Both the position numbers and the translations under genes were made by a program. Positions 9,786 to 19,012 of a stretch of DNA of 64,000 nt are shown here, one piece after another (position 1 is the first letter of the stretch; every line of letters begins with the position of its first letter). The notes beneath the pieces were generated by a model. That model made no database searches and was not told the origin of the DNA. It worked only from the letters and a program-made list of their open reading frames with translations. The stretch is from a virus: IMG/VR virus record IMGVR_UViG_3300028388_003908, positions 79,152 through 143,151 of that record; one strand, 5' to 3'.

Positions 9786-10265
9786 TCAATGAGATTCTGC
9801 CTCGCCATAAGCAGGCATAAAATATGGATTCTCAATCTTCTCTAAAGCGCTCAGATCCATCGGACACATATAATGCTCTACTAACGAGCCTAGATTCATA
9901 GTGAGACATAAATGATCTTGATCTGTGTCGAGATCATTCTCCCCTACAACACATAGTATGACGTAACCTACTCCGCTGAGATTAAGGCGGGCGTCCTCTG
10001 CCACTGCTCTCCAATCATCTAGGGGAATGTCATCAAGCAAGAGGAAATCCTCTTGAAAAGAGAACCCATGCCCCGACATATCCGTGATAAACAGATGAGG
10101 CGGCATACCGTGTATGTTAAGATTATTCTCTTGAGCCTTGAGGATGTAATCCTTCAAAGAATCAGCGATCCAGACCTTATATAAATCAGGGAGTTTCTCC
10201 ATGGATGACCTCGACATGAGAAGACGCTTGAGCGCGTTGAAGACGTTGACCGATTGTCTTAGCAA
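9786..10265 (-). CDS. Hypothetical protein (true start probably MEKLPD near 10202)
   Basis: ORF; the N-terminal extension overlaps a + strand gene. Confidence 0.55.
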   Translation of the reverse strand: MLRQSVNVFNALKRLLMSRSSMEKLPDLYKVWIADSLKDYILKAQENNLNIHGMPPHLFITDMSGHGFSFQEDFLLLDDIPLDDWRAVAEDARLNLSGVGYVILCVVGENDLDTDQDHLCLTMNLGSLVEHYMCPMDLSALEKIENPYFMPAYGEAESH

Positions 10266-10404
10266 TACGCAGAGACAGATCGCTAAGTATTATAGTAGCC
10301 GAGACCCAATGATGAACCATCTCAACAAGCTAAAGACAGAATCTATCAAGGAGATTCAGCAACTTGAGCGCGTGTCTCGACAGAAGAAAAAAGGAGAAAA
10401 GTAA
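10201..10404 (+). CDS. Small hypothetical protein
   Basis: GGGAG RBS; stop overlaps the next start (TAATG). Confidence 0.5.
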   Translation: MDDLDMRRRLSALKTLTDCLSNTQRQIAKYYSSRDPMMNHLNKLKTESIKEIQQLERVSRQKKKGEK

Positions 10405-10577
10405 TGCCGATCTACACCTTTAAATGTAAGAAGTGCGGTGAGGAAACCAAGAAGCTACAGAAGTACGAGGACGCGCCACCCGCTTGTCCTAAATGCGAGG
10501 GTGAGACAGAGCGCGCACCGTCAAAAAGCTCTTTCGTGCTCAAAGGTCCCGGATGGTTTAACACAGGCGGTTATTGA
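10404..10577 (+). CDS. FmdB-family zinc-ribbon protein (57 aa), not in the ORF track
   Basis: MPIYTFKCKKCG...CPKCEG...FVLKGPGWF matches the FmdB pattern; AAGGAG RBS. Confidence 0.85.
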   Translation: MPIYTFKCKKCGEETKKLQKYEDAPPACPKCEGETERAPSKSSFVLKGPGWFNTGGY

Positions 10578-10906
10578 TGACAGGCTATCTTCTGCCATCG
10601 TTAGCGCTCTGCTTTGCTAACGTCATCTTCTGGTATAAGGGCAACGCAAAAGAGATCTACGGTCTCGATTGGAGCCCCTTCAAATGGTGGCTCTTTACGA
10701 GCTTGTTCACCAATTACATCACGCTCTACTCATGGTGGAGATTGATCGAGATCGGAGATGTTTGGAGAGCAGGGGTGACGTGGGGTCTGTGCAGTCTCAC
10801 CACTGATCTCATCTTAAACACCGTTTATTTCGGCTTTAATGTTCGAGGTATACTAGCTCTCTTACTCTGCGCTTTATCTGCGTTTATCGCGCACGGAAAG
10901 AGCTAA
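10574..10906 (+). CDS. Small multi-pass membrane protein (SMR/EamA-like)
   Basis: About four hydrophobic segments in 110 aa. Confidence 0.5.
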   Translation: MMTGYLLPSLALCFANVIFWYKGNAKEIYGLDWSPFKWWLFTSLFTNYITLYSWWRLIEIGDVWRAGVTWGLCSLTTDLILNTVYFGFNVRGILALLLCALSAFIAHGKS

Positions 10907-11484
10907 CGAGACAAATCCTCAGCGCTGTCTGCGCCCTCTAAGAATTCTTTTAGAGAGACAGGCACATAATGAAAACCTACGTCTTTAGAAGCGCCTGTTC
11001 TTACGCGCTCTCCTTGCTCATCTATCTTGATGTTGAACGTAGCCTTAGCTGGATAAGACGTGTCACGTCTTGAGAAGGTTGAAATCTCCTCAATCTGATC
11101 TGCCCATGCCAACAGATAGTGAGAGCCCTCAAAAAGCTCTCCTTGGAAATCCGTTCTCAGCCCGTAAGCGTAGACCTTGATCCCTTCTGTTGAGAGCGCG
11201 CAGAGATCAAAAACCTGCTGTTTGCTCAAGAACTGAGCCTCGTCCACAAAGATAATCTTAGCGCTACCTGCCGACAAGAGATAGAGATTAGATTCTTCCG
11301 TAAAGGTCTGCGCTTGCGCCTTAAAACCTGTCCTTGAGGAAATGAACCCTTCCCCATCTCTGCCCGAGACTATCTCCGGAATAAGCATGGTGTAAGGTAT
11401 ATTAGAGGTCTCACAGGAGTGCGCTCTCATAAGCAGATTCGCGCTTTTGCCTGCGTTTACGGTTGAGTAAATGAAGGTGATCAT
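10903..11484 (-). CDS. tdk: Thymidine kinase
   Basis: STVNAGKS, FVDEAQFL, YGLRTDF and LFEGS motifs. Confidence 0.93.
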   Translation of the reverse strand: MITFIYSTVNAGKSANLLMRAHSCETSNIPYTMLIPEIVSGRDGEGFISSRTGFKAQAQTFTEESNLYLLSAGSAKIIFVDEAQFLSKQQVFDLCALSTEGIKVYAYGLRTDFQGELFEGSHYLLAWADQIEEISTFSRRDTSYPAKATFNIKIDEQGERVRTGASKDVGFHYVPVSLKEFLEGADSAEDLSR

Positions 11485-12164
11485 CTCGATCCTAACTGCG
11501 TCTTGTGTGTGACAATCTCTCTTATATCATTAACGTGCTTACGGACAACCTTACTTTCAACACCCATGATCTCAGAGATCTCCTTGGTCTTGTAGCCATC
11601 TGTGAGCAGATCAAAAACCTTGCGATAATCACCTTTAAAAAGAGAGCCAATATCTCTGCGTAGCTCTTGATAATCGCGCTCGATCTCTACGTCTTCCAGA
11701 TCATGTATGCGGCCCTCAATAGGCTCAATCGCAATCTCAACACCTTTGGTTTTAGAGTGCTTCTTCAGAAAGTTGGTCATCACACAATGACAGACCATGG
11801 TCACATAGGTCGAGAAGGCGGATTTCTTAGGGTCATAAGGACACTTACCCTTATTCCTTATGAGTATGCCTTGCAGGATCTCCTGTAGCATATCCTGAGG
11901 ATCTTCTCCGATGGCGATGATCTGCTTGAGATAGCGCTTGAAATAAATCCTCTTAATGTCCTCGTACTTAGCCTCCACATCTATGCCTAGTTTCCGCGTA
12001 GGTGGATTTTGAAAGTTAAGATCAAATTCGTAAAGCGGGATACAATGTCTCTGCCAACGTCTGCTCTTAGTAGAATCTGAAACGCAAAGAAAATCACCCA
12101 TAAAACGCTCTCCTAAGGGAAACAAGATTTCCGATACTCTAAGAGCAACATCCGTAAATCGCAA
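11481..12164 (-). CDS. Sigma70-family (ECF-like) RNA polymerase sigma factor; true start may lie downstream of the ORF start
   Basis: Region 2-like DMLQE...YDPKKSAFSTYV and region 4 HTH GYKTKEISEIMGV. Confidence 0.75.
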   Translation of the reverse strand: MRFTDVALRVSEILFPLGERFMGDFLCVSDSTKSRRWQRHCIPLYEFDLNFQNPPTRKLGIDVEAKYEDIKRIYFKRYLKQIIAIGEDPQDMLQEILQGILIRNKGKCPYDPKKSAFSTYVTMVCHCVMTNFLKKHSKTKGVEIAIEPIEGRIHDLEDVEIERDYQELRRDIGSLFKGDYRKVFDLLTDGYKTKEISEIMGVESKVVRKHVNDIREIVTHKTQLGSR

Positions 12165-12172
12165 GGGACAAG

Positions 12173-12904
12173 ATGAATTACTTACTTGTATTATCCGTGT
12201 TCACTCAATGTATGATCACGAACGTCCAGAAACTCTCGGGTTTGGAGATCACGAAAAAAGGTCACGTTAAATGCAGACCAGCAAGCAAAAAACAGGTGAC
12301 CAGACTCGTCAAGATGTGGGAGAAACACTCGTCTGAAAAAGACGTGCGTCTACTCTCTCTCGCTTGGATGGAGAGCCGTCTAAGACCTTACACTAAGCGC
12401 GGAGATCGCGGTAAAGCGTGTGGTGTCTTTCAGATACACGCCCGTCACTCTTATCCGCTTTTCAGACGTAAAGGAGGCTATAAGGATTGGGACGAGAAAT
12501 CCTCTCGTAGAGAGATCGCGCTTGAGTGCGCCAAGCTAGAGCGTCTTGAATACTCTATCGAGACCATGAATCGTCTGATCAAACTTCTTGATCAAAAAGA
12601 CAAACACATCTGCCATCATAACAGCGGTATATATGCTAAATGTAATCCTTGGTATAAATATCGTCTTGATTATATCAACCAACAGCTAGAGCAGAGCAAA
12701 GCGCTCTGCGAAAAGGAACATGACATGGCTATGATAAGAACAGGCAACCCCGTATCTGTAGCACCTACCGAGAAGGTACAAGGCTATCTCGATTTCATGG
12801 CGGGCAAAGACCCCGCAAAGGATGACGAGGTTTATATGTCCGGGTATAAGCTGGCTGAGCAAGTCAAGAAAGGCGAGGCTGAGGCTCCCGTATGGGCAAA
12901 ATAA
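12173..12904 (+). CDS. Lytic transglycosylase/lysozyme-like protein with hydrophobic N-terminus
   Basis: AWMES catalytic motif followed by ACGVFQI. Confidence 0.55.
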   Translation: MNYLLVLSVFTQCMITNVQKLSGLEITKKGHVKCRPASKKQVTRLVKMWEKHSSEKDVRLLSLAWMESRLRPYTKRGDRGKACGVFQIHARHSYPLFRRKGGYKDWDEKSSRREIALECAKLERLEYSIETMNRLIKLLDQKDKHICHHNSGIYAKCNPWYKYRLDYINQQLEQSKALCEKEHDMAMIRTGNPVSVAPTEKVQGYLDFMAGKDPAKDDEVYMSGYKLAEQVKKGEAEAPVWAK

Positions 12905-13578
12905 GCGATTGGCTTAAAGATCATCTAGAGACCTGTCATCTCTCTGAGGATCATCAGCGCTTGCTTATGCGTAGAGGGGTTGACGAAGATTCGTCCGTTA
13001 GATTTCACACATGGAATCGAGCAACAACCCCCGCACCTTGTCCTGTGTTCGCTAAGAACTTTGGCGTGTACGGAGAGAAAGCTCAAGGTTTTCTGAGCTT
13101 CCCCATCACGTCACCTAAAGGCGAGGTCATAGGCTTAGAAGCTCGGAGATCGCTCCCTGACGGGTCCAAGAAGGTCTACCAATACAGAACCCCTAGCGCG
13201 TCTTGGAACCCCTATATGATAGGCTCAGAGAAGGCTTTTCAATCGCTGTGGACCGGCTGCGATTTGTGGGTTGTAGAAGGGGTGTTTGATATGACCACTC
13301 TTGAGCGCGTTACCGCCCCTTGTGATGCGGTTGTCTCTACCCTCAGAGCAGGCATGGATCAAGTGACCATGAACATGATCTCGCGCTTTGCAGGTAAAGG
13401 TAGCACCATCTTTATCGCCTATGATAATGACGAGACCGGACGTAAAAAAGCTCAGTGGCTACACCGACAATTCAGCAACCTAGACGTGCGCTGTGTCGTG
13501 TGGAACTACAAAGGCAAGGACCCAAACGAAGTCTGGAAAGCAGGGGGTGATCGCTTACTCAGACGTATGTTTCTTTAA
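12892..13578 (+). CDS. DnaG-type Toprim primase (no zinc-binding domain)
   Basis: VVEGVFD, YDNDETG and KDPNE motifs. Confidence 0.85.
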   Translation: MGKISDWLKDHLETCHLSEDHQRLLMRRGVDEDSSVRFHTWNRATTPAPCPVFAKNFGVYGEKAQGFLSFPITSPKGEVIGLEARRSLPDGSKKVYQYRTPSASWNPYMIGSEKAFQSLWTGCDLWVVEGVFDMTTLERVTAPCDAVVSTLRAGMDQVTMNMISRFAGKGSTIFIAYDNDETGRKKAQWLHRQFSNLDVRCVVWNYKGKDPNEVWKAGGDRLLRRMFL

Positions 13579-14705
13579 AGCTCTGATCTCATCATCTTAT
13601 CTAGGCTAGGGGTCGTCTCTAGATCAATAACGAGATGCAGACGATCCGCGCCTCGATTGATCACGCTGTGAGGCTTGCGGGTGTCGAGATACCACAGCGT
13701 ACCAGGCAACATCCTGTGAGATTCCTTGCCGTCCATGCCCCACACAAGAAACTCACAATCCTCGCTTACAAGGGGGATGTGAAATCTCGGTAGCTTCCCG
13801 AGCGCTACACCTGCGTCATCGTCAACAAGATCCGTATGCTGACCAATAACCTTGTCGCGCTCTAATCGCATAATACGAACACGGTGTACGGGCGCATCTC
13901 CTGCAAATGAGGCGATCATCTCTCTCACCTCAGGGAACTGATCATATAGCTCCGTATCTCTTAGCTGAGCTTCAGCCATCTCTGGATGCTTCTCATGCCA
14001 TTTATCGTTCATCTCAGAGGGCTTGGTAATGAACATCGGGTCGTCTGAATATCCTCTAAGCGCGACAGCGCCCCAACCACCATCGTTGTAGTTTGAGTAG
14101 TGATTGGAAAAACCCATGTTACCGAGCTTGCTCACAAGAGAAGAAACATCAAACGTGTAGCTCTTGAGTTGATACGCGGTAGCGCGCTCTAGAGGATCTG
14201 TGTAAAGACAGGTTTCAACGCTCTCTAGTACACCAAACATATCATCTGAAGGCGCTTCTGCCGTGTACTTAAAGACAAAAATGCAGTCGCCAAACGAGCT
14301 ATATTTAGCCCCTACTCGGGACAGACCATCAATCTTACTCAGAAGAGTGCCCGCACCCTCAGAGCAGAAGATCCACACAGAGGAGCCCAAGCCTTTCACA
14401 TACGATTCAAAGGCCTTCACGTCCTCAATAACCGGATAAAGGATCTCTACGTCACCCTTACTCTTGATCGCTAACAGATGCTCCGGTCTTGATGAGTAGA
14501 TCTTAATCGGAGTGTCTCTGCTAGACGTTCTCTGGATAAATCGGTAGTGGTCCTCGTGCACCAAATGACCGCTCTTGAGCGCGTCAGCTATCTTGTTCTT
14601 CTTGACCTCTAGAAAGGGAGAGATCATCTGCTCATTATGCGGTTTAAAAGTGCTCTCCAGCTCTTTTAGATAATCGAGTTCATAACCGTTTTGCCAAGGC
14701 TTCAT
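13575..14705 (-). CDS. 2OG-Fe(II) oxygenase (Asp/Asn beta-hydroxylase-like) fused to an uncharacterised N-terminal domain
   Basis: HTD...RFHIPL...LDTRKPHSVIN...RLHLVID (HxD...H triad plus 2OG-binding Arg). Confidence 0.8.
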   Translation of the reverse strand: MKPWQNGYELDYLKELESTFKPHNEQMISPFLEVKKNKIADALKSGHLVHEDHYRFIQRTSSRDTPIKIYSSRPEHLLAIKSKGDVEILYPVIEDVKAFESYVKGLGSSVWIFCSEGAGTLLSKIDGLSRVGAKYSSFGDCIFVFKYTAEAPSDDMFGVLESVETCLYTDPLERATAYQLKSYTFDVSSLVSKLGNMGFSNHYSNYNDGGWGAVALRGYSDDPMFITKPSEMNDKWHEKHPEMAEAQLRDTELYDQFPEVREMIASFAGDAPVHRVRIMRLERDKVIGQHTDLVDDDAGVALGKLPRFHIPLVSEDCEFLVWGMDGKESHRMLPGTLWYLDTRKPHSVINRGADRLHLVIDLETTPSLDKMMRSEL

Positions 14706-14737
14706 TCTGTACCCATTCTGAACAAATTGTGAAAGTC

Positions 14738-16561
14738 TTACTTCTTCAAGAATCCATAGGTATACACCCCATGCTCCAAGTTCTTAGCAAGCTGACGGTG
14801 CTTCACCTTCAGAGCTTCCCACTTCGACTTCAGCGTAGGGTCAGTAGCCCATAGCTTCTTATGCTGATAGACACCTGCGTCCCATGCTTGTAAGTGGAGA
14901 TCAATAGACTTGCCCTTCTCCAACACAGAGGTTGTCTGTGAACGTAGAGAGAAGCTCTCCACATGGAGGGCTTTGAGGTCATCTAGGATTTCATTAGCTA
15001 ATGGAGAGAGGTTAAGTGTGGGCAAGATGTGGGCGAAGTAGGGGTCACCGTCTTTACGCCATTGAGGGGTCAGGTCTTCACCGAGTACGCCTTCTTCCTT
15101 CTCATATGGGATAGGGTTTTTCTTAGCGTCTTGGTAGAGCTTCCTTGTATCGGGATGGTTGCCGTAGAGGTCGAGAGCTTCTTGACGAGTGAGCCAGAAG
15201 AAGTGGTTATGGATATTATGGGACTTACCCTTGTACACGACATCACGCATAGAGGTCATGTTGTTAGAGGTATGAAGCAAGGCGTAAATATGGCAATCGT
15301 CAAGCCATTGCTCATAGCCTTCTGCTTCAGTATTAGGGGCTAGGTATTCGTCTTTGTCATTAGCCCAATCCCCTGTGACGAGCTTACGCGCTGAGAATAA
15401 CGCGATGGAGCGTCTCCACCCCTCTCCTGCTAGGACTGAGAGCCCGTTTGAGGCAGAGCCACAAGAAGAAGTAAAAAACACAACCTGATTTTGAGCGATG
15501 CAGTTCGCGTTAGAGGTGAAATAAAGCAGGGCTTGAGGTGTGAGGTTTCCTCTGCCTGTTTGACCCACATTAAGACCCGATTTCATCTGAGGGGCATCTG
15601 TAGTCTTAATCCCCTTAACAGGCTCTCTCACCCAATCAGAAGCCTTGCGCCCATCTGCGTTATATAAGTCCTTATGTCCGATAGAAGCCACCTCTCCCAT
15701 ATCGAGGTCTTTCAGAGTGATTGGGAGGTCTTGTGTAATCTCTGTCTTACCTTCGTTCCATAGCGTAAAGGAGACGCCCCATGCTCCGCTCACATCTGCA
15801 AAGTGTGAGGCTTGAAACAGAAATCCTGACTCGTAAGAATAACGCTCATACCAAAAGGGGCGGAACTTGGCGAAAGACCCCGAAGTCATGAACAAGGTGG
15901 GTGAGAACACGCCCACAGACTTCTGCTTAAAGCCGTACTCCTGCGCTACTTGCTCACATTGAAATAAGAACTGAGCATAAAGCTGTTGCGAGCAAGCCCC
16001 CATCTTCGCGTCCTTCATCGCGCTGTTCACAATCGTGGAAGAAACATTCGCTTTTGAGGAGGTGGTTTTGACTCCGTTTCGTGCTGTCGCATAAGGGGGG
16101 TTAATCAGAAATACTAAACGCTTCCCCTCCTTCGCCCCCTTCTTCAAGAGCTTCTTCACCGCCAAAGGCAATACGTTGTCCCCATCTTCCTCCTCAAAGA
16201 AAGGACTCTCAGCGTCAGGGTTTAAGAAATCATACTGAAAGACATGAGCACCCTTGTTAGAACCCCCACGAATGATCGCCTTCACATCAGGTGACTCTGC
16301 CGTAGAAAGAATCAAGTTCTTAAAGTCATGCTCGTCACGAGTAAGGTTGCCCGTCCCCGCACAACAATCCCATACGATACACTCCTCGCGCCATTTCGCA
16401 CCTAAGGATTTCTCAATCTCTCTGTGCGCCTCATCGACCCATAAACGTGGCGTATAAAAAGCACCTTGTCTACGTCTAGCACCATCTTCCATAAGGCGAT
16501 CTCTCATAGAGAGAAGCACCTCAGCATCCTTTGCACTTAACCCTCTCATAATTTCGTGCAT
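14738..16561 (-). CDS. N6-adenine DNA methyltransferase (gamma class) with large C-terminal target-recognition region; no nuclease domain seen
   Basis: GAFYTP, WDCCAGTGNL and NPPY motifs in gamma order. Confidence 0.85.
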   Translation of the reverse strand: MHEIMRGLSAKDAEVLLSMRDRLMEDGARRRQGAFYTPRLWVDEAHREIEKSLGAKWREECIVWDCCAGTGNLTRDEHDFKNLILSTAESPDVKAIIRGGSNKGAHVFQYDFLNPDAESPFFEEEDGDNVLPLAVKKLLKKGAKEGKRLVFLINPPYATARNGVKTTSSKANVSSTIVNSAMKDAKMGACSQQLYAQFLFQCEQVAQEYGFKQKSVGVFSPTLFMTSGSFAKFRPFWYERYSYESGFLFQASHFADVSGAWGVSFTLWNEGKTEITQDLPITLKDLDMGEVASIGHKDLYNADGRKASDWVREPVKGIKTTDAPQMKSGLNVGQTGRGNLTPQALLYFTSNANCIAQNQVVFFTSSCGSASNGLSVLAGEGWRRSIALFSARKLVTGDWANDKDEYLAPNTEAEGYEQWLDDCHIYALLHTSNNMTSMRDVVYKGKSHNIHNHFFWLTRQEALDLYGNHPDTRKLYQDAKKNPIPYEKEEGVLGEDLTPQWRKDGDPYFAHILPTLNLSPLANEILDDLKALHVESFSLRSQTTSVLEKGKSIDLHLQAWDAGVYQHKKLWATDPTLKSKWEALKVKHRQLAKNLEHGVYTYGFLKK

Positions 16562-16617
16562 AAATCATAACCTGTCTAAGTTATTTCCGACAGATTATTA
16601 TACTCAACAGGCTATGT

Positions 16618-17811
16618 CTAAAAACCGAAAAATCCAGTGTCAGACCAAACAGGAGGACGAGCATCGCCTTTAGACCATATAAAGATCGGCTCGCCTAGCT
16701 CAGTACCTTCCTTAATGAAAGGATCGTTAGGTCGCTTCTTGAGTTTATAACCTATCACGCCTTCATAAATAGCGCCCAAGCTCTCCATATATTCGATCAT
16801 AGGCTGACAGACTATCTTATATTCATCTTTGCCCGCTTTAACATCCGAGATGTTGATCGCTATGCGTCCACCTTCCTCTAAATGACACCAAGCGTTCTTG
16901 AGCGCTCTGAAAAGGAAATCTTTTAGCCAACTCTCGTCCGTTGCATAGCGCTTCCAACTCTGTGTGCTCTCGTCTGAATAACGCTCTCGATCAAAATAAG
17001 GCGGTGACGTGAAAACAAAATCAAAGCGCCTATCCCCTAGATCTACATCCTCAGCGCACCCGCAGATAAACTCTGTCTGCTTAGGTCTGTTGCAGTAGTC
17101 TCTAATCCCCTCGTAAAAGGGGTGTAGAGCGCTGTTAGGGTCGATACCTACATAAGACGTTGCCTCTGACGCTAAGAACCCTACAAGACGATCTCCCCAC
17201 CCCATAGAGAGATCAAGCACCGAGCGAGCTTGAAAAGCCCGATAGACGGCCTTGACCACGGAAGGTTTGAATTGACTCGCCATGTACGAGTGCAATCTTA
17301 ATCCGTCATATAAAACCCGATTATTAACCTGACCTCTAATGATACCTTCTAACGTAAAGAGAGGTCTCAAGATCGGTCTCTTTTCGCCCTTGCGATTCCA
17401 CTGAGCATACGGAGACATTCCGCCCGAGAAGGCACATTTCATCCTCTGCTCTTGCGTGAAATGATCAGACACCTTCAACCCATAGTTAGAGCCTCTGATA
17501 AGACGATACTCTCCTAGATAGGTGAAATCTTTAATGCTCGGGACGCGCTTCGCTTCCCATCTCTCCTCTTTAAAGTTCTCCTCCTCGGTTAAGAGACGTT
17601 GCCAATCCCTGCGTAGCTGTACCTCGCTATAGTCTCGATATGGGAACTCTAGATTGTCGATCAGATTTGAGACGTGTCGATGAAGCGCGTCTCTACCGAA
17701 TCGCTCCAGCATCTCTAACCACACAGATTCTGGAAAATCCAGCTTTCCGTTTTTGACAAGCTCGTACTCCTCTAAGGATTTCTTGCCGTCTTGTTTTGTC
17801 TCAAAAATCAA
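16618..17811 (-). CDS. SPPY-type amino-methyltransferase, paralog 3 (TTG start at 17811)
   Basis: VLDLSMGWGDRL and FTSPPYF motifs; GGGAG RBS before the TTG. Confidence 0.85.
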   Translation of the reverse strand: MIFETKQDGKKSLEEYELVKNGKLDFPESVWLEMLERFGRDALHRHVSNLIDNLEFPYRDYSEVQLRRDWQRLLTEEENFKEERWEAKRVPSIKDFTYLGEYRLIRGSNYGLKVSDHFTQEQRMKCAFSGGMSPYAQWNRKGEKRPILRPLFTLEGIIRGQVNNRVLYDGLRLHSYMASQFKPSVVKAVYRAFQARSVLDLSMGWGDRLVGFLASEATSYVGIDPNSALHPFYEGIRDYCNRPKQTEFICGCAEDVDLGDRRFDFVFTSPPYFDRERYSDESTQSWKRYATDESWLKDFLFRALKNAWCHLEEGGRIAINISDVKAGKDEYKIVCQPMIEYMESLGAIYEGVIGYKLKKRPNDPFIKEGTELGEPIFIWSKGDARPPVWSDTGFFGF

Positions 17812-19012
17812 AGAAGGTCTCCCTATCCCAAAGGGGCTCGGGCGCGTTGCCTTTTGCCCATATAAAGACAGGCTCCGCCTGAGTACCATCCTTGAGAAGA
17901 TTCTTTAATCTACTACCTGCTCTAGGTCTGACCTTTAACGGATAACCTATTACGCCTTCGTAGTTCGCCCCTAATCCTTTCATAAACGCTAAGAGATCTT
18001 CGCATACAAATACCTTTTTATAAGGTGCGTCACAGATATTAACCGCTATACGACCTCCCTCTTGTAAGCCCCTGTAAATCTTGCCCAAAACATCAAACAA
18101 GAAATCTTCCTTCCAAGAAGATAGCGTGGGAAACAGATTGACCGATTGTAAAGGATCATCCGCATATATCTCTAGGTCAAAGTAGGGCGGTGATGTAAAA
18201 ACAAAATCGTAGGAGAGCGAGCTAAAATCCACATTACTAGCTGAATCGCATATATGCTTTACGGTCTTGCCTGTATTACAAAAATCAGAAATATCTCTGT
18301 AAGGCTCAAGTAGACGATGATTAGGGTCAATACCCGTATAAGAGCGCGCATTAGATGCGTGAAAGCCTACAAGACGGTCTCCCCAACCCGAGCTAAAATC
18401 CAATACGTCCTTTGCGCGGAAAAACTCATAAACTGAACGAGCCAAAGAAGGACTAAACTGACTGGCGATTATGCCGTGCATTCTCATAGATGATCGCAGG
18501 GTGTTTGCACTTAAATTCTTCTCATACATCAAGCCTATAAAAAAATTGAGAGTCTCTGGTTCAAATCGACCTTTCAATAGACCTTCCCATCTATCAACCA
18601 CCGAGATCCCTCTTGTCCTTGCTTTAAGTCTCTCACCCATGGTATATTGATCGCTAACGATTTTACCTAAAGCATCTCCTACAAGTAGCACACCTTCATC
18701 TTGATATGTTAGGGGCATAGTCACAGGTAAGGACCGGTGCGACCAAGCACCCTTGTAAGCAAAACTGCTGTACGATTTTAGCAGGTTGAACTCCTTATGA
18801 GTCCTTATTGCAGAGTGATTTTTATAAGGGAAAGGTATCTGATGCTCTTTTACGATACCTCCTATGTGTCGGATAATATCTTTTCTGTCAAAGCGCTCGA
18901 TAACCTCTGACCATTCGGTCTCATTCATAAAAAATTCTTTACCGTCTGGACTCAGCCAATTGTAGTCCGATAACGCTGTTCGCTCGGTCTTATCTTCTAG
19001 ATCAAAAAACAT
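17801..19012 (-). CDS. SPPY-type amino-methyltransferase, paralog 2 (ATG at 19012)
   Basis: VLDFSSGWGDRL and FTSPPYF motifs; AAGGAG RBS. Confidence 0.85.
   Translation of the reverse strand: MFFDLEDKTERTALSDYNWLSPDGKEFFMNETEWSEVIERFDRKDIIRHIGGIVKEHQIPFPYKNHSAIRTHKEFNLLKSYSSFAYKGAWSHRSLPVTMPLTYQDEGVLLVGDALGKIVSDQYTMGERLKARTRGISVVDRWEGLLKGRFEPETLNFFIGLMYEKNLSANTLRSSMRMHGIIASQFSPSLARSVYEFFRAKDVLDFSSGWGDRLVGFHASNARSYTGIDPNHRLLEPYRDISDFCNTGKTVKHICDSASNVDFSSLSYDFVFTSPPYFDLEIYADDPLQSVNLFPTLSSWKEDFLFDVLGKIYRGLQEGGRIAVNICDAPYKKVFVCEDLLAFMKGLGANYEGVIGYPLKVRPRAGSRLKNLLKDGTQAEPVFIWAKGNAPEPLWDRETFFDF

Noticed and set aside
10438-10620. 60-aa ORF from the track
   Set aside because: Shadow of the real FmdB gene at 10404..10577 in another frame.
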